Shown: piece after piece, positions 50,082-63,111 of the stretch
How positions within the stretch are numbered: the first letter of the stretch is position 1
Layout of the letters: each line of letters begins with the position of its first letter
From: Chlorokybus atmophyticus
Lineage: Eukaryota; Plantae; Mesostigma and Chlorokybus algae
Reading direction: 5' to 3'
Length of the DNA: 64,000 nt
Assembly: GCA_009103225.1 (NCBI GenBank)
Contig: RHPI01003603.1
Location: 47,915-111,914 of the forward strand
The notes under the pieces: model-generated
What the model was told of the DNA's origin: nothing
Database searches by the model: none
What the model saw: only the letters and a program-made list of their open reading frames with translations
Made by a program: the position numbers and the translations under genes

Positions 50082-53000
50082 ATGGAAGCTGAACGTGAGA
50101 CATCGCATGGTGGTGACAGTGGCGACGGTCTCAGCAGTAGCAAAGGCCAGTATGAGCAGGAGTCTCAGCAGCAACAGGCAGCCTCAGTGGATGTGCAGCT
50201 TGAGGAGCTGCAGTCCTCAAGCACTGAACTGAGAAGAGCCCAAGCTGTGGTCAGCATTAGCGAGTCCAGGGCAGCTGCTAGTGGCGAAAGTAGTTGGGAA
50301 GCAGGAGCCGGCGGAGGAGGCAGCGGTAGAGGAATTGGAGGCCTAACAAAACAGCGCACAACCTCCCTTATCCACACCACAGGCACCTGGCCACCAAATG
50401 GTACATGCGCTGTGTCCTTGCATGTCGTCCTTGCAATGCTGGGCATTGTTGAAGGCATCCAGGGATGTCTGCGTCTATCCATGTGCACTATTGGGTGTTG
50501 ATTGCTGTCCACTTGGCAAAATTTGCTAGCAACGCAGTGACATGCTTGACATACAGCTACTATTTGTTACCAGCATTGCAAGGTCTGCGACGCACTGCGT
50601 CTGTTGCCTCCGAGACACCTTCGAAGTTGAACATCAAATTTGATGAAAATGACCTGAAGCTGATTACCCACTTGAAAAACATCCAAGTGACGGCTGCTGA
50701 AGACCCGCAGAGTTTGCCTGAAGAACCGCTGACATCCCCGGGAAGGTCTATTACAAGGAGGCCCACGAAGGAGACCAATCGGCTGGCCACAGCTCGTGAT
50801 GACTTGGGCAACAAGTATGCCTACATGTCTCACCGTCACCAGGGTGTTCAGGGCATGCAGTAGAGTGCTAGTTGAGTTATGTGCGTTGTCCTGCAGGTAT
50901 GTCAACCAGTATATCATTCTCAAGGTCCTTGGTCGTGGGACTTTTGGCAAGGTTGGTTGGCCATGCTGTCACTGTGCAGTATGCAGCGCTCCTATATGAG
51001 TGCCAATAAATCGGACTTCACGCAGGTCAAGCTGTGCCTTAATGTTTATGATGGCCAGCTGTTTGCTGTCAAGATCATCAACAAAAAGCAACTCATGAGG
51101 CGAAGCATAGCAACACGTCGGAACCCAACTCAGGTTCCAATCCTTTTTCCACAAAGTTGTCAGCAGTAGTCAGGCATTGCAAGCTTCTGGACACTGCGCG
51201 TACTTGACAACCAAGTGAACGAGTGGAGATGTTGCTGTGCAGGAAGTGCGCAAGGAGATTGCTATCATGAAGAAGCTTAGCCATGAGAACATCGTGACAC
51301 TTCATGAGGTACTGAGAAATACCACTGCCTGTGCGCATTGCGGCTTAACATGCGTGTCAACCTCATAGTACAAACCTGGCAGACTGCTGGCAGTGCTTGC
51401 TGCACTCAGCTGGTCATTTCGGTATTCACTCAGCTTTGGTCACAGGTGATTGAAGACCCTTCCGGAGTTAAGCTGTACATGGTTCTTGAGTATGTTGAGC
51501 ATGGTCCCGTCATGGCGGATGGTTACAACCAGCAAGGCTTGCCTGAGGACCTTGCCCGCCACTTCATGCGATGCATATGCAAGGGTCTGGACTACCTTCA
51601 CTACCACAAGGTCGCTCAGCAAGCTCCCATTGCAGCAGCACGCTTGCCAATACTTCAACTGTGCTGCCTGTTTGGAACACCGCATGTTATTGCAGATTGC
51701 GCACCGTGACTTGAAGCCTATGAATTTACTCAAATCCAGTGACGGGTCCGTGAAGATTTCGGACTTTGGAGTGTCTGAAGTTTTCTATCAGGTATATATG
51801 TATGCAATGCTGCCTCGAGCAAGTTACAAGTTTGTAGCGTGTGCAAGCCTGAACTCGTTGATGTGTGTTATGCAGTCCGACTGCAACACCAGGAAGACAG
51901 CTGGCACACCTGCCTATCTTGCTCCTGAGGCATGCCGCGGTGGCGAGTTCAACCCTTATCCCGTTGACATCTGGGCCCTTGGGGTACGCAGTTGCCTTGG
52001 ACACATGATTTCCAACAATGTGCTCGTGTAGCAAGCATTTGGCTCACCCTTACCCTCTGATGTTGCCTGTGTCAGGTCTGTTTGTATCAGTTCATATTTG
52101 GAACCGTCCCGTTCATTGCGGACACTCCTCACCAGATCTTCCACAAGATCTGCGGTGATGAGGTAACAACTGATTACTCACCCTATCTGCTTGTCTACTG
52201 TCCAATTGTTTGTTGCACCTGGTTTGCATATTAACGATACTGATTTCATATACTGCAGGTGGTGTTTCCTCACGACAACATTAGCCCTGAGCTACGGCAC
52301 CTGCTGGTACTGCTCACTTCAATGCCAACTCAGTAAACCGCTGCAAGTCATCATGCACAAGTTGCCAATGCCATCATGCATTGCAGAGGGCAGTTTTGAC
52401 CAAAGACCCTGTTGAGCGCATCACACTACCTGCGATCATGGCCCATCCTTGGAACACGCGCAACGGCCAGTTGCCACTGGAGTCCATCACTCGCATGCCA
52501 CAGCTATCTGTTTCAGAGCAGGATGTGAAGAATGCCACGACAGAGAGCTTTTTCAAGCTTTTCGATGGGCTGTTTAAGGAAAGACTGTACAGCCCTGGAG
52601 AATTCCTGCTTCGCCAGGTTGGTACTTTTGACACCATGTGCCTCTCTGCACAGGCGATCTGGAACTGTTTCGTTTTTGTACCATTGCGGTTGCTCAAGAT
52701 TTACCCTATGGCAGGGGGACGAAGGTGATGAGATGCTTTTCATTGATAGTGGAGAGTGTGATGTGCTTTGCAACCACAAGGTTCATGCCAACATGGCAAG
52801 AGAGGAGCGACTTGCTCTGCTGCAAGAAGATCCAGGATGGCTGATAGCCACGAGAGAGGCCGGCAAGTTCGTCGGAGAAATGGCCCTTTTTGCGGATGAC
52901 GACGGCATTTCACCCTCCAGCAACCAGAGAATTGCCAGTGTGCGAGCGAAGACACATGTCAAAGTCTTGGTGGTCACCAAGGGAGAGGTCAGCAGTAGTT

Positions 53001-53210
53001 CATCAACATCCAACAATGCCCGGCTGGTCAGTAGCCCTTGATGCATGCTGATGTGTCTTCTTTACGTCACAGGTAAAGAACATTCTTGCCGCAAATGCGA
53101 ATGTGAGGAAGATCATCCTGGAAACCATTGAGGAGCGTCGGACTCAGACTGCACGCGTGCGCGCATCTTTCGCAGAGACTAAACAGGACGACGCCACAGC
53201 CATGCTTTAG
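50082..53210 (+). CDS. CaMKK/GRIK(SnAK)-like Ser/Thr kinase with C-terminal cyclic-nucleotide-binding domain; 5' start approximate
   Basis: TKETNRL..K|YVNQYIILKVLGRGTFGK|VKL, AVKII.K, EVRKEIAIMKKLSHENIVTLHE|VIEDP..KLYMVLEY, IAHRDLKPMNLL, KISDFGVS, TAGTPAYLAPE, VDIWALG, LTKDPVERITLPAIMAHPW. Then ERLYSPGEFLLRQ|GDEGDEMLFIDSGECDV..KFVGEMAL..RIASVRAKT. Introns are canonical and in frame; TAG at 53208-53210. Confidence 0.9.
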
Positions 53211-54914
53211 TGATTGTGTCTCTTCTCCATTGTTTTGTAGCTCATTGTTGTTGTCAACGTCCAGCACATTCAGCACACTGCACGAACACGGTTGCACACC
53301 TGTCAGACAATTCATTTCTCGCACTAGCAGTAGACATGACAGTTGCGGTTGTCGTTGCGTAGCACAGGTTAGTGGAAGTTGTGTGTTTGTGTAGCATACA
53401 CACCATCTTCAAAGCAGGCACAGCCTGCAGTGGTAGCGTGCACTCGGCAATTGACTTTCGTGGTTTTACTGTGTGCCTGCTGTAAGTGAATGCTGTCACA
53501 TTGTCATAAACGCATGTGCGAAGCAGCTGCGCCCAACATTACCAGTAACTGCAGCGGCTTCCTTCTGGTAGCTGACTGCGGGTGCCTGCATGTCGCAGTG
53601 CAGATAGCAGCAGTGCTGCTTGTCAAATCAAGAGTGACACATGCATACACATACACATGAACACAGTACGTCATATATCCTGTACACAACACTCCACAAT
53701 TGAACATTATTGCACCCCACGACTCATGGCACAACCAAGCGAGCGCTTTGGTTTTTACCTCCACTCCCCCAGACACTCCACTGCCGCAGCCTTCTGGCCT
53801 GCCCTCTCGCCAGTGACACTGACACTGAAGCATGGCAGTCAACGGGATCAAGCCCCTGTGTATGAAGGAATCGTCACTAGACTCTTTGCACAGGGAGTTT
53901 GAACCAACCTTGCAAAAACAGCACGTGGCATACAGTTCCCAACCATACCTAATCAACACCAACAATACAATGCCACGGCAGCACACAACGTCATGCAAAC
54001 AGCGGTGAGAGTGTTGCTTGGTGGTGGTGGTCTGGTGGTTGCTGTTGTTGTTGCTGCTACCACTGCTATTGGTTGCTGTTGTAGCTGGTGCTGCAGGGTT
54101 AGTTGTAGTGGTTGTTGCTATGCTGCAACAATTAACGTCAACTTGTCATGATCTTCATTGTGCACAGGAGTGTTCAAGCGTTAAGGACGGTATGATGCCT
54201 GCACGGCTGCCCCCCCTCGCATGTATGTTCACAATGTTATGATTGATTTCCACAGCATTCACAACGACAATACAACGTCAACAACTTCTACCAGCACTCC
54301 CACTCGTGTAAGTTTAGTACCTGGCAAAGGGCGGATTGGAAGCGGATGCTCCTGGCCCTTCCGCGGACACATCCTGTAGCCGCAGCATGTGCGGGATTGC
54401 TGTGGTGCAAGGGACTCAACATCAGGCCTATCGATAGATGTACCACTCACAATACCGAGTTGCCATGAGATGCTATCCAGGTTGATGGACGCCATCTGCA
54501 TGGCGCGTCCATCAATTGCGTGATACCAGCATATAAGATCACAAGGGAGTGCTAGTGCATATGCAAGGCAACCACAAGCAGCTCACTTTGCACCCAACTA
54601 TACCACTAGTGGTGTAGTTGCGTGGTGGTCTCATATGCAGGCAGCTGGCTGCCAACAAAGGTACAACTGCAAGCCCTATTTGCGAACAAGCCCTGGCACT
54701 GCACCAAAGGTGTTTAGCCTCTTGCTCGGTGTATACTCAGTTCTTACATAGCCTATTTGCCAGCAGGATACTGTAGGCCAGCAGGATACATTGCGAGGCA
54801 GTTCACAACCTACTCTATACCCTTGCCAGCGACATATTGCTAGAATGTTTGCAGCTGACACGCTGCAACACCTGGTAAACATTACATACTCTGTACAGAG
54901 ATCTACTGGCGTTA

Positions 54915-57900
54915 CTAGTAAGTCGACCCTGATTTCCTGTAGTGCACAGCTGTTAAAGCCTTTTCATCCTGCGGAGAACGGCATATTAGCTGCCACAGTA
55001 TAAGAAGCGTGCGCACATTATGCATGTGGCTTAAGCAGCTACTTACCAGCAGTTTGCCAGAATCGACTGTTGCATATATCACCCAGTGGTCGCCTGTTTC
55101 CATGCGCTGTTGCACTGTGCACTCCAAGAAGGACACCTGTGATGCTCGCGCGCTCAACACACGCATGCTACCAAATGACACTCACGACCAAAGAAAGGCA
55201 ACTGTAACACTTACTGCCGTGGGTATGATGACAGCGCCGCTCTTCTCCGACCGCTTCACTTCGAGTCCTTCAAAACGATCCTGTGCAGGCTTGAATGGCT
55301 TCAGCAAGACCTTCATGACCTCTTTGGTCCTGCCCTCGCCCAACACGTTCAGCACAAAACTTGCGCCGGGCTGCACCAAATTCTCCACAGCACGGTCTTT
55401 TGCAACAGCCACCGTCAAGCCAGGCGGCTGAAACGATGCCTGCAAAGGGTTGACGACAATTGTTCAACAGCGAACACCTCTCGCATCGTATGCAATAAGT
55501 GTGCTTGCAAACGCTCTCAGATAGATACCTGTGAAACCCAAGAAGCCAACATGCCAGATTCCGCGTCCCCATCGTGCGCAGTCAACACACACAGAGCGCC
55601 CACAATGCGCCCGACAGCCTGTTCTGTGTCCGTGGCAGCTGTGTACTTGGGCGCGCTTCCCTTCTTCTTCTTCGCTTTCAACACAGCCTGCGCCAAGTCC
55701 GTCCCGCTCTCTTCACAGAGCTGAAGCGACTGCTCCGTGGGCTTGAACTTGACGCGGATGGGATCGAACGCAAACCCGAACCCGGCATCTTTCAACCGCG
55801 ATTGCAACTCATCAACAGCTTCACCACTCCAACCAAAGCTGCCAAACACGCCGCATGGTTTGTTGCGTGCAGACTCGTCCTTCAGGATGGCACCGAGAGC
55901 TTCCTGAACAGGGGTCGGCATGTGGCCGCCGAGCGTTGGGCTGCCAATGACAAACCCTTCGCTGCGCGCCACCACTGCCGCAACCTCTGAAGACGTGCTC
56001 ATCTCGCAGTTGAGGGTCTGCACGCCCACACCGGCCTTGATCAACCCGCGGCTGATGGCTTGCGCCAACGCAGACGTGTTACCATAAGCCGAGGCGTAGA
56101 TGACCGCAACTGTCGCGTCATTGGCGGCAGCGGCCTGCGCTGCTGTCCATTGGCCGTACGCGCGCAACAGCTCTGTGACGGCTGAACGAATAACCGGACC
56201 GTGCAACGGGGCCAGCGCACTCACGATGATATCATCTTTACCCCTTGATGCCAGCACGGCAGGCTTGTTCTGAGGTGTGCTCTGAGCTCTGGGAAGCAAC
56301 TTTGCCACCGCAGACCACAAAAACTTTGCATCCGCGACAACAAGGTCAATGCCACGCAGCTCCGTGTGAGAAGGCGGGTCCGGGTCCACTTTAAGAGCGA
56401 GCTTTTCCAACGCCGCAGCTGCTTGGACAGCTGTCGGCGCCAGCATGCAGTCGTAAAAGTAGCGCCAGTCCTCGCCGTAAGTGTCCCACCCCAAGCCCTC
56501 GTCATCGGTTTCCTCGGGGCACACGTGCGCAGAGAACAGCTTGTGCGTGTACAGAATGCCTGTCCGTGGATCGTACGTGACCATCCCCTCCGGCCAGCGC
56601 GGTGTTGGCGTCAACACGAACCTCAACTCATGCCCTGTTTGACTCAATATAAGTCAACCCATGCTGTTACAGTTGCTCTCATGCTTGCACGGTTCACAAG
56701 CACACTACCTACCTCCTCCAAGGTCAAGCGCATCTGAGGGTTGCCCTTTCACGATTGTCATCTTAAACTTGCTATCGACTAGCTCAGCAGGTAGCGTGTC
56801 TCGAACCAATTTTGCTGCAACATTACTGCATCGCACATCCACTGCGGTGGCACGCATGAAACAACGCGGTTAACATTGACAACCTGAACGCACATGACTG
56901 AACGTGTTTAGTCATGTAACATGTAACCACAGCAGACACACCTGGACCGGGCAGAGCTTCCGCCAACAACTTGAGAGTTTCAGCGCGCTTCGGGCTGTAG
57001 TGCCCCAGAATAATGTGGTTTATTGAAGCAAGCCCCACTGTGTCCTGCGTGTCGCAAAGATGTCTGTTGCGTCAATGAGCATGGCAGCGATATCAACACA
57101 CGAGATAGCAATGAATGTACCTTCAGTCGCTGCAAGAACGCTTGTCCAAACATCCCATCCGGTACATCAATCAACGCAGTACCATTTGCGCCTCGTATGA
57201 CATACTGATTATCTGTGGTTCCCCTTTTCAAGCTGTACTCAATCTGCAAGGATGAGACACACTCTGTATTGCGCATTGAAGTTGCAAAGAAAGCAGGCAA
57301 TAACAAGACTAAGTTGTTGGCGGTACTGCGACCATGATACCTCGAATTTGAGGCGATCTTTGCTGCGTCCCCGTATAGAGATGGTGTTTTCTGCAACTGG
57401 CAATGCACGGATGTCCTCTTGCTGAGGCGCGTTACTGGTAGTCATTGGTGGGGCGCCTGAAGCATGCGCGTACACTCTCAATGACTTGGCAAGCTGACTG
57501 CCAAAGCACTATGCCTTCTACGCTTGGTGCAGAGTTAGCACATTGGTCCTAACTTTGACTATGCATGTAAACCATATAATAAAGGCAGGATACAAAATCA
57601 TCTTCCAACATTTGCCAAAGACTTTACTGCACATGTTTCACGTGGTCGGTTAAGCATGCATGGCAACATCCTGCCAAGCTAGTGTGGCTACTTTACCTGA
57701 GGGAGAGGGTGAAGCTTCTGTTGTGGTCGCCTGTGCCTCACACCTAACGCTGCCGTCAAGTGGCAGTTCCCCGCACTTGCGACGCCGCTGCAGCCACTGC
57801 GGCGTAGCAAAACAGTCGACACTAACAACAACCATAACGACAACAACAGCTTGCATTAGTCACAATGCTACGTACCACCAGCTCATGCTTGCAAGAGAGA

Positions 57901-58061
57901 GACTGAAGCAGAGGCGCTGAAACCCTAAGCCCCGCACGGGCTGCTGCCAAGCCTCCAGTTTGGGCAGCTCCTGCTTGGGTGTGGCGCCGCTTCACGCAGC
58001 AAGTTGGTGCGGCGACGCTTACCGTCACAGGCGTCACCAGCTGTCCCACACCCGAAGCCAT
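54915..58061 (-). CDS. FLVA: Plastid flavodiiron protein, FLVA type (beta-lactamase-like + flavodoxin + flavin reductase domains)
   Basis: Transit peptide, RSKDRLKFE|IEYSLKRGTTDNQY, NHIILGHYSPKRA, TPTPRWPE, THKLFSAH (non-canonical A-type site), PLHGP, YASAYGNT, GSPTLGGHMPTP, FGSFGWSGEA, LASWVSQ|ASFQPPGLTVAVAKDR, GDHWVIYA, AVHYRKSGSTY. Confidence 0.93.
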
Positions 58062-58865
58062 TGCAGCGCCCGCCGCTGCAGCGCCCGCCGTCGGCAATGC
58101 CGCCGTCCACAACACCGGCAATGTCGCTAGACAGCAGGCCAGACATAAGCCGTACAGTGCAATCCGGATTGTACGGTGCTAGGGTTCAATTTCAGGTGTA
58201 GGCTTGATCATGTGATTGACTACTTCTTGAGCCAAATTGCGCCAACAGCTGTATTTTTGCCCAAAACACAACTTGCGACATTCAACTTGTGTATCGTGGT
58301 TTGAAAGGTCTGGGCGACCAACATGGCGCACCATGATGATCAACGGCGTTGACGCGCAGGATGTGAAGCTACCGTATTTGCTTGGACGAAAGCCCCCCCA
58401 TTTCTACCGAAGCGCCCCACCGCTTTATCAAGGAAGAGATAAGTTTAATACATTCCATTGTTGGGGGCTTGTATTTGGGGGGCCCCCTTTGGCCGGTGAG
58501 ATACGCTACTTCTTATAGGATACTTATTACATTGCGCATAATAACTTATTATGTGCAAGATGAGTGTGCACATGGCAAGCCATGATAACACCATATTAAG
58601 ATATACGCATACGGTTGCACATGTGTAAGCTTTGTTATTGTGTCTATTAGTCAGCCACTCCGTTTTGCTCATATAAACATGTAAATAACCATTTATGCAA
58701 TGTTAGAAGGTGTAAACTTGCATCATCTGTACACGCATAGGATCTTGTCAATCATTGTTAAGATCATCCACGTCGGTAGCAAACTAATAATTGGATTGTA
58801 TTATCATTATCATCATCTAAAGTAGCGGTAGTGACATCGTTATCAACGGGGTATAAAGATTAGGA

Positions 58866-58884
58866 TAGGGTTAGGGTTAGGGTT
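58866..58884 (+). repeat. Short interstitial telomere-like (TTAGGG)n
   Basis: TAGGGTTAGGGTTAGGGTT. Confidence 0.7.
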
Positions 58885-59658
58885 GGTTGTCATTCATTGC
58901 TGCATATTATCCATCAATTACATTTCATGAATAAAGGTCTGTTGCAAAGAGGAGTGAAGTTCAGCCCGAAGTTATGCAAACATTTAACATGTAAAATTGC
59001 ATTGTTTCCTATACATATCAACACTTAGGTTGGTGAGTGAGTGGCCATGGGTGTTATGTTAACTGCTTTTGCTTGTTGTGCCTAGGCACAACCAGCTGCT
59101 ATGCTTGCCCTGATATGCATCTTTGCATGTACACGCATGTTTGTATCACAAACATGCGTGTACAGGCAATATCATGGCATGATATACCACGATCTATACC
59201 ATGTACATATGCTTGGTCAGGTTAGCATGTAATAATCACGCATTTTACTAGTTTTGACAACTTGGCATCCCAATTGTATTTAAACGTGTCAAATGTTGGT
59301 GCTTGCCTGTGTTGAACATTGTAAAGCAAAATGACACATACTACACACTTGTGCGTGTGGCGCAAACTTGATGAGTCCGCACAACTATACTGCCAGTATA
59401 ACAGTTTTTTGGCCGACTTGCAGTGTGCGCGCTATCTTGTACTATATATTAAATTGTGCAGTGTGTGTGATTGCCGTTGAGCGCAATATAACCATGGGCA
59501 GCACATGATTGCTAATGTACACAGTTGCTGTTGCAGCTTGATGATAATAAGCATGGTGCATGCGCAACACATCATAGATCGCCCGCATAATGCATGTTGA
59601 TCATCATGTGCCACAACCACACAATGCGCGCTGCAGGCAGCACAAGCAGTGCAACCTA

Positions 59659-61482
59659 TCAATTGAATGATGCCCACCCTGTGTTGCTACTTGACGTACT
59701 TGCAGGCTTACTACTGCCTGCAGGCAGAGCACTCGACAGCGACGACAAGTCTGCGAGAGGGTTGAGCACTGATGATGATGCAGGCTTGGGCGGTGGTGGC
59801 CGCGGTGGAGGTGCTTGTTGCGAAGAGTACGCAAGTGCTCGCTGCTGCGTGACGGGTGGTGCGGGCGCACCGAACGCAGCAAACAGCTGCGCAGCCGCAT
59901 CACTCCCGGATGTGGAGGCCGCAGCACCTGCACAGGTGCCAAGGGTTACAACCTCGCAGCATGCTGTTGCACATGCGCGCATGCTCAAGTGCATGGCTGC
60001 AATGAACATGAACAAACACAATTGGCTTCGGCAGAACATGCCTGCGCCCAATGTTACCTCTGCTTGTCTGTGCGGTGCAAGACACACAGATGTGTAGCAA
60101 AATAACTGAGTGAGGAAACTCCGGTACCAAGTCATGTTCAGCTACCTGAGTTCTGAGGTGGTTGGGGTCTTGCAGAAGTTGGCCTGCTGGTGGTTGGCGG
60201 TGGGGCAAAGGAGGACGTAGGGGCTGCAGTCCTGCCGGGTGGCGGGGGAGGAGGCACGGGGACGGGCATCCTTCCTGGTGGCGGTGGTGGCGCAAGCGGC
60301 ATGGCCTTGCCGGCTGTGGCCTTGGACAGGAACCCACCCCCGGATGGCTTGCCGGTCTTCACATTGATTGATATCGTCTGACCCTCTTTCAACTTCAGCT
60401 CCGATATTGCGGGCACCGGAGGTGCATCCTCTGCACGCATAAGAGGAATGTCAGTTGCAGTATGAGTGGCACGACAATAAAGGTGGTTGCATGTAGGTAA
60501 CATTATGCACGGTTCTGGGCTGCATGTGACGCCTACTTGGATGCAAAGATGCATGATTGTGCATGTTGGGCCGAGTCCCCACTCACCTGTTATGGGCTTG
60601 CTAAGCTCCGCTGGTGCATCTTTCTCTCTTTGCAGGTACTTGTCATGATCCGAGAGAGCAACATTGAAGTCAAAGGCCTCATTACGCTCATTGAAACCTA
60701 TTCCTATGAAGGCGTGCCGGCCAGATGGGTCCTGAATGCGCAACACAAAATAGCGGCTCGAGTCCGTAGCACTCTCAACAACGCGATCCCTCTGCCCGGA
60801 AAGGATTGGGCACTCCGCAAACAACTCGCTGGTGTTGCTGTCCTCCAACCTGATAATGCACTTCTCTCCTGCCGACAGAACCCGCAACCGACCAGACCAA
60901 ATTTTACTCGACGCCAACCACTCTGCCACCTGCAAGCAACTCTGTTTCAGTCGAACAACCCATTGTCTACACTTTTGCCGCCCAAGCACAGCGGTTATCA
61001 CTGGAACCCTTCAACATTACCTTGAATACGTTATGTACAATCAACAGCGTGCATTTTCTCACTATCTGTGTGTACTCAAGAGACAAACAAAAACCCAACG
61101 CACGCACACAACACTGTTAGCATAGTAACGCAACACAGAAACACCAGTTGCGCATGTCTACTGCATAAATGGGCAATGGTGGCATCCCACAGAACACAAT
61201 CTCAAAATATGCAACACTGCTGGCTGGTCTCAACGCACTAGGCTCACAACGCACCTGGAGCGTTGTGTGCCTAGTGCGTTGAGACGCCAGCATTATTGTT
61301 TGCAGCTGATGGGTTAGGGTTAGACATACTGACATTCTAACCCCATGCAGGTCAGTATCTAACCATATAACCCATGTGCACAAGTGCAATACCTTATAGC
61401 CGCCGCTGCTAGCACGAGGAGGGATTCTGTAGACGTGCACTTCTCGGCAGACAAATAGAGTGCTTTCCTGCGCCTCCTCCAT
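59659..61482 (-). CDS. NECAP: NECAP (adaptin ear-binding coat-associated protein; PHear domain + Pro-rich tail)
   Basis: MEEAQESTLFVCREVHVYRIPPRASSGGYK|VAEW..IWSGRLRV..IRLED..ELFAECP..VESATDSSRYFVLRI..HAFIGIGFNERNEAFDFNVALSDH; LKLKEGQTISIN; terminal GWASF, a WxxF-type AP2-binding motif. Confidence 0.93.
61227..61285. other. 26-bp-arm inverted repeat (25/26 match, 7-nt loop) in NECAP intron 1
   Basis: GTCTCAACGCACTAGGCTCACAACGC-acctgga-GCGTTGTGTGCCTAGTGCGTTGAGAC. Confidence 0.9.
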
Positions 61483-63111
61483 GGCAAAGGAGCAAAATAC
61501 CAACACTACAACTCTTACCTACTAGGACACCTGGTAGCTGCCAGACAGGCGTTCTCTGCTCTAAGAAACTCCTGCGCCTCAAGGATTGCTTATGTCCTGA
61601 TAACAACCCTGTTGTTGATGATGACGACGCCCTCGCCACCAACCATGCCACCGCCACCGTCGCCGCCGCTACTGACGCTCACAGGTAGGGTTAAAGGTGG
61701 AAACGCCATTAAACTCTATGCAAACCCTATTGGACTGACTGTGGAGATCTGTGCCGTTCGAGCGATGCCCGCCCGCGGCGTCCTCTGGTTGATCCGTAGT
61801 GCGCGTCATGGAATCGTTGACCGCCCACGTGGGATTGACACAAAGTCACGGGTACTTTATGGCGCACAACCTGGGCTGCCTCCGTGGTCCATTGTTGCAC
61901 TGCATGAGCAGGCTGCGAGTAAACACAGCTTGTTGCTGTGCAGCTAAGCTTGGCGCTAGTCGCCTGAATGAGTGTGGTCGACGTAGTATGAGCTATTCAA
62001 GTAGATGCAAAGCGCACACCACCGGTAACGACACTGAGCATAGGCAAAGCCCACATCATAGGCCAACATAGCAAGCAAGCTAGGCAAAGGGGAATGGAAT
62101 TAAGACAGGGGCAATGCTATCTATGTCCCGTATCAAAGTGAATGGTAAGCGCGGGGGTGAGGACGGAATAGGAAGCAGGGCAAAGCAGTGCAAGCAAAGT
62201 AACGGCAATGGTGCACCACCTGTGAGCGCCAGGCGTTAGAAGACCCCCCGGAGAGCTTGTGCAACAACGGCAGCAGCAGTAGCATAAGCAAGGCGAGGGC
62301 GAGGGGGAGCGCGTGGGTGGGAGTGCTGTGATGTGCAGTGTTGTGATCACGCAATGTAGGCGCTATAGCGGCGCTGGTGGTGATGTAAGACCCCTAATCA
62401 CTGGTTAGTCATAGCCTGCAGACATTCTCCAATGGTCTAATTAGCAATTGTCCAAACACAAGAAGCTAAGATAAGATACGATAAGAATGACAAGGTGCGA
62501 AGTCAGTTAGCAGTCATGTGGCAAGCCAACCAACTGAGTGACTGAGAACGCGGCATGCAAGGCACAAGCAGACATAGTATGTGCGGGCAAAACATTGCTC
62601 CCCACATTGGCTTTAACAACCATACTTATCTCACTTACCTGCGGCGTTGCAACAAACCTTGTTGCCACCAACATGTATATAGAAGCAGGTAGCTGACTCC
62701 ATAAACCGTCCCCGCCATCCTATACATCCTTCCACGTAGCTTGATTAGTAGCACATGCATCACATAGCCCTGTGCTTGCATGTCACGCAACAACTGCACC
62801 ATAAAAGAAAATGATGCCGAAAGGTGCATATGCGCTCAAACCGTGCAAAATGGGACACCACGACACCCAGCTTAGCAGAGTTGAAGATGTTACTGTCAAG
62901 GTGCGGTGTACGGGTTCTTGGCACGCACTTAAAAGCAGTGTATAGTTTGTTGTATACAGTCTGCCCTTAATTTAAGCACATAGTTACCAGCCATTTTGTG
63001 CTTACGCGAGGTGTGACACCTTCGAACAAGCATACTGTGACTACTGTAAGTTTACCTCGCTTTAAGCACATTTTGTGCTCGGATTAAAGAAATACGCTAC
63101 ATGAGTGTACG

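Noticed and set aside
56221-57408. Non-canonical di-iron ligands in the flavodiiron protein (THKLFSAH, GHYSPKR)
   Set aside because: This is the normal FLVA/Flv1-type signature; FLVA works with FLVB. Known biology.
2706-61482. AP2M and its regulator NECAP lie in the same 64-kb window
   Set aside because: They are 55 kb apart with about ten unrelated genes between them. Chance co-location is plausible and nothing suggests a cluster.
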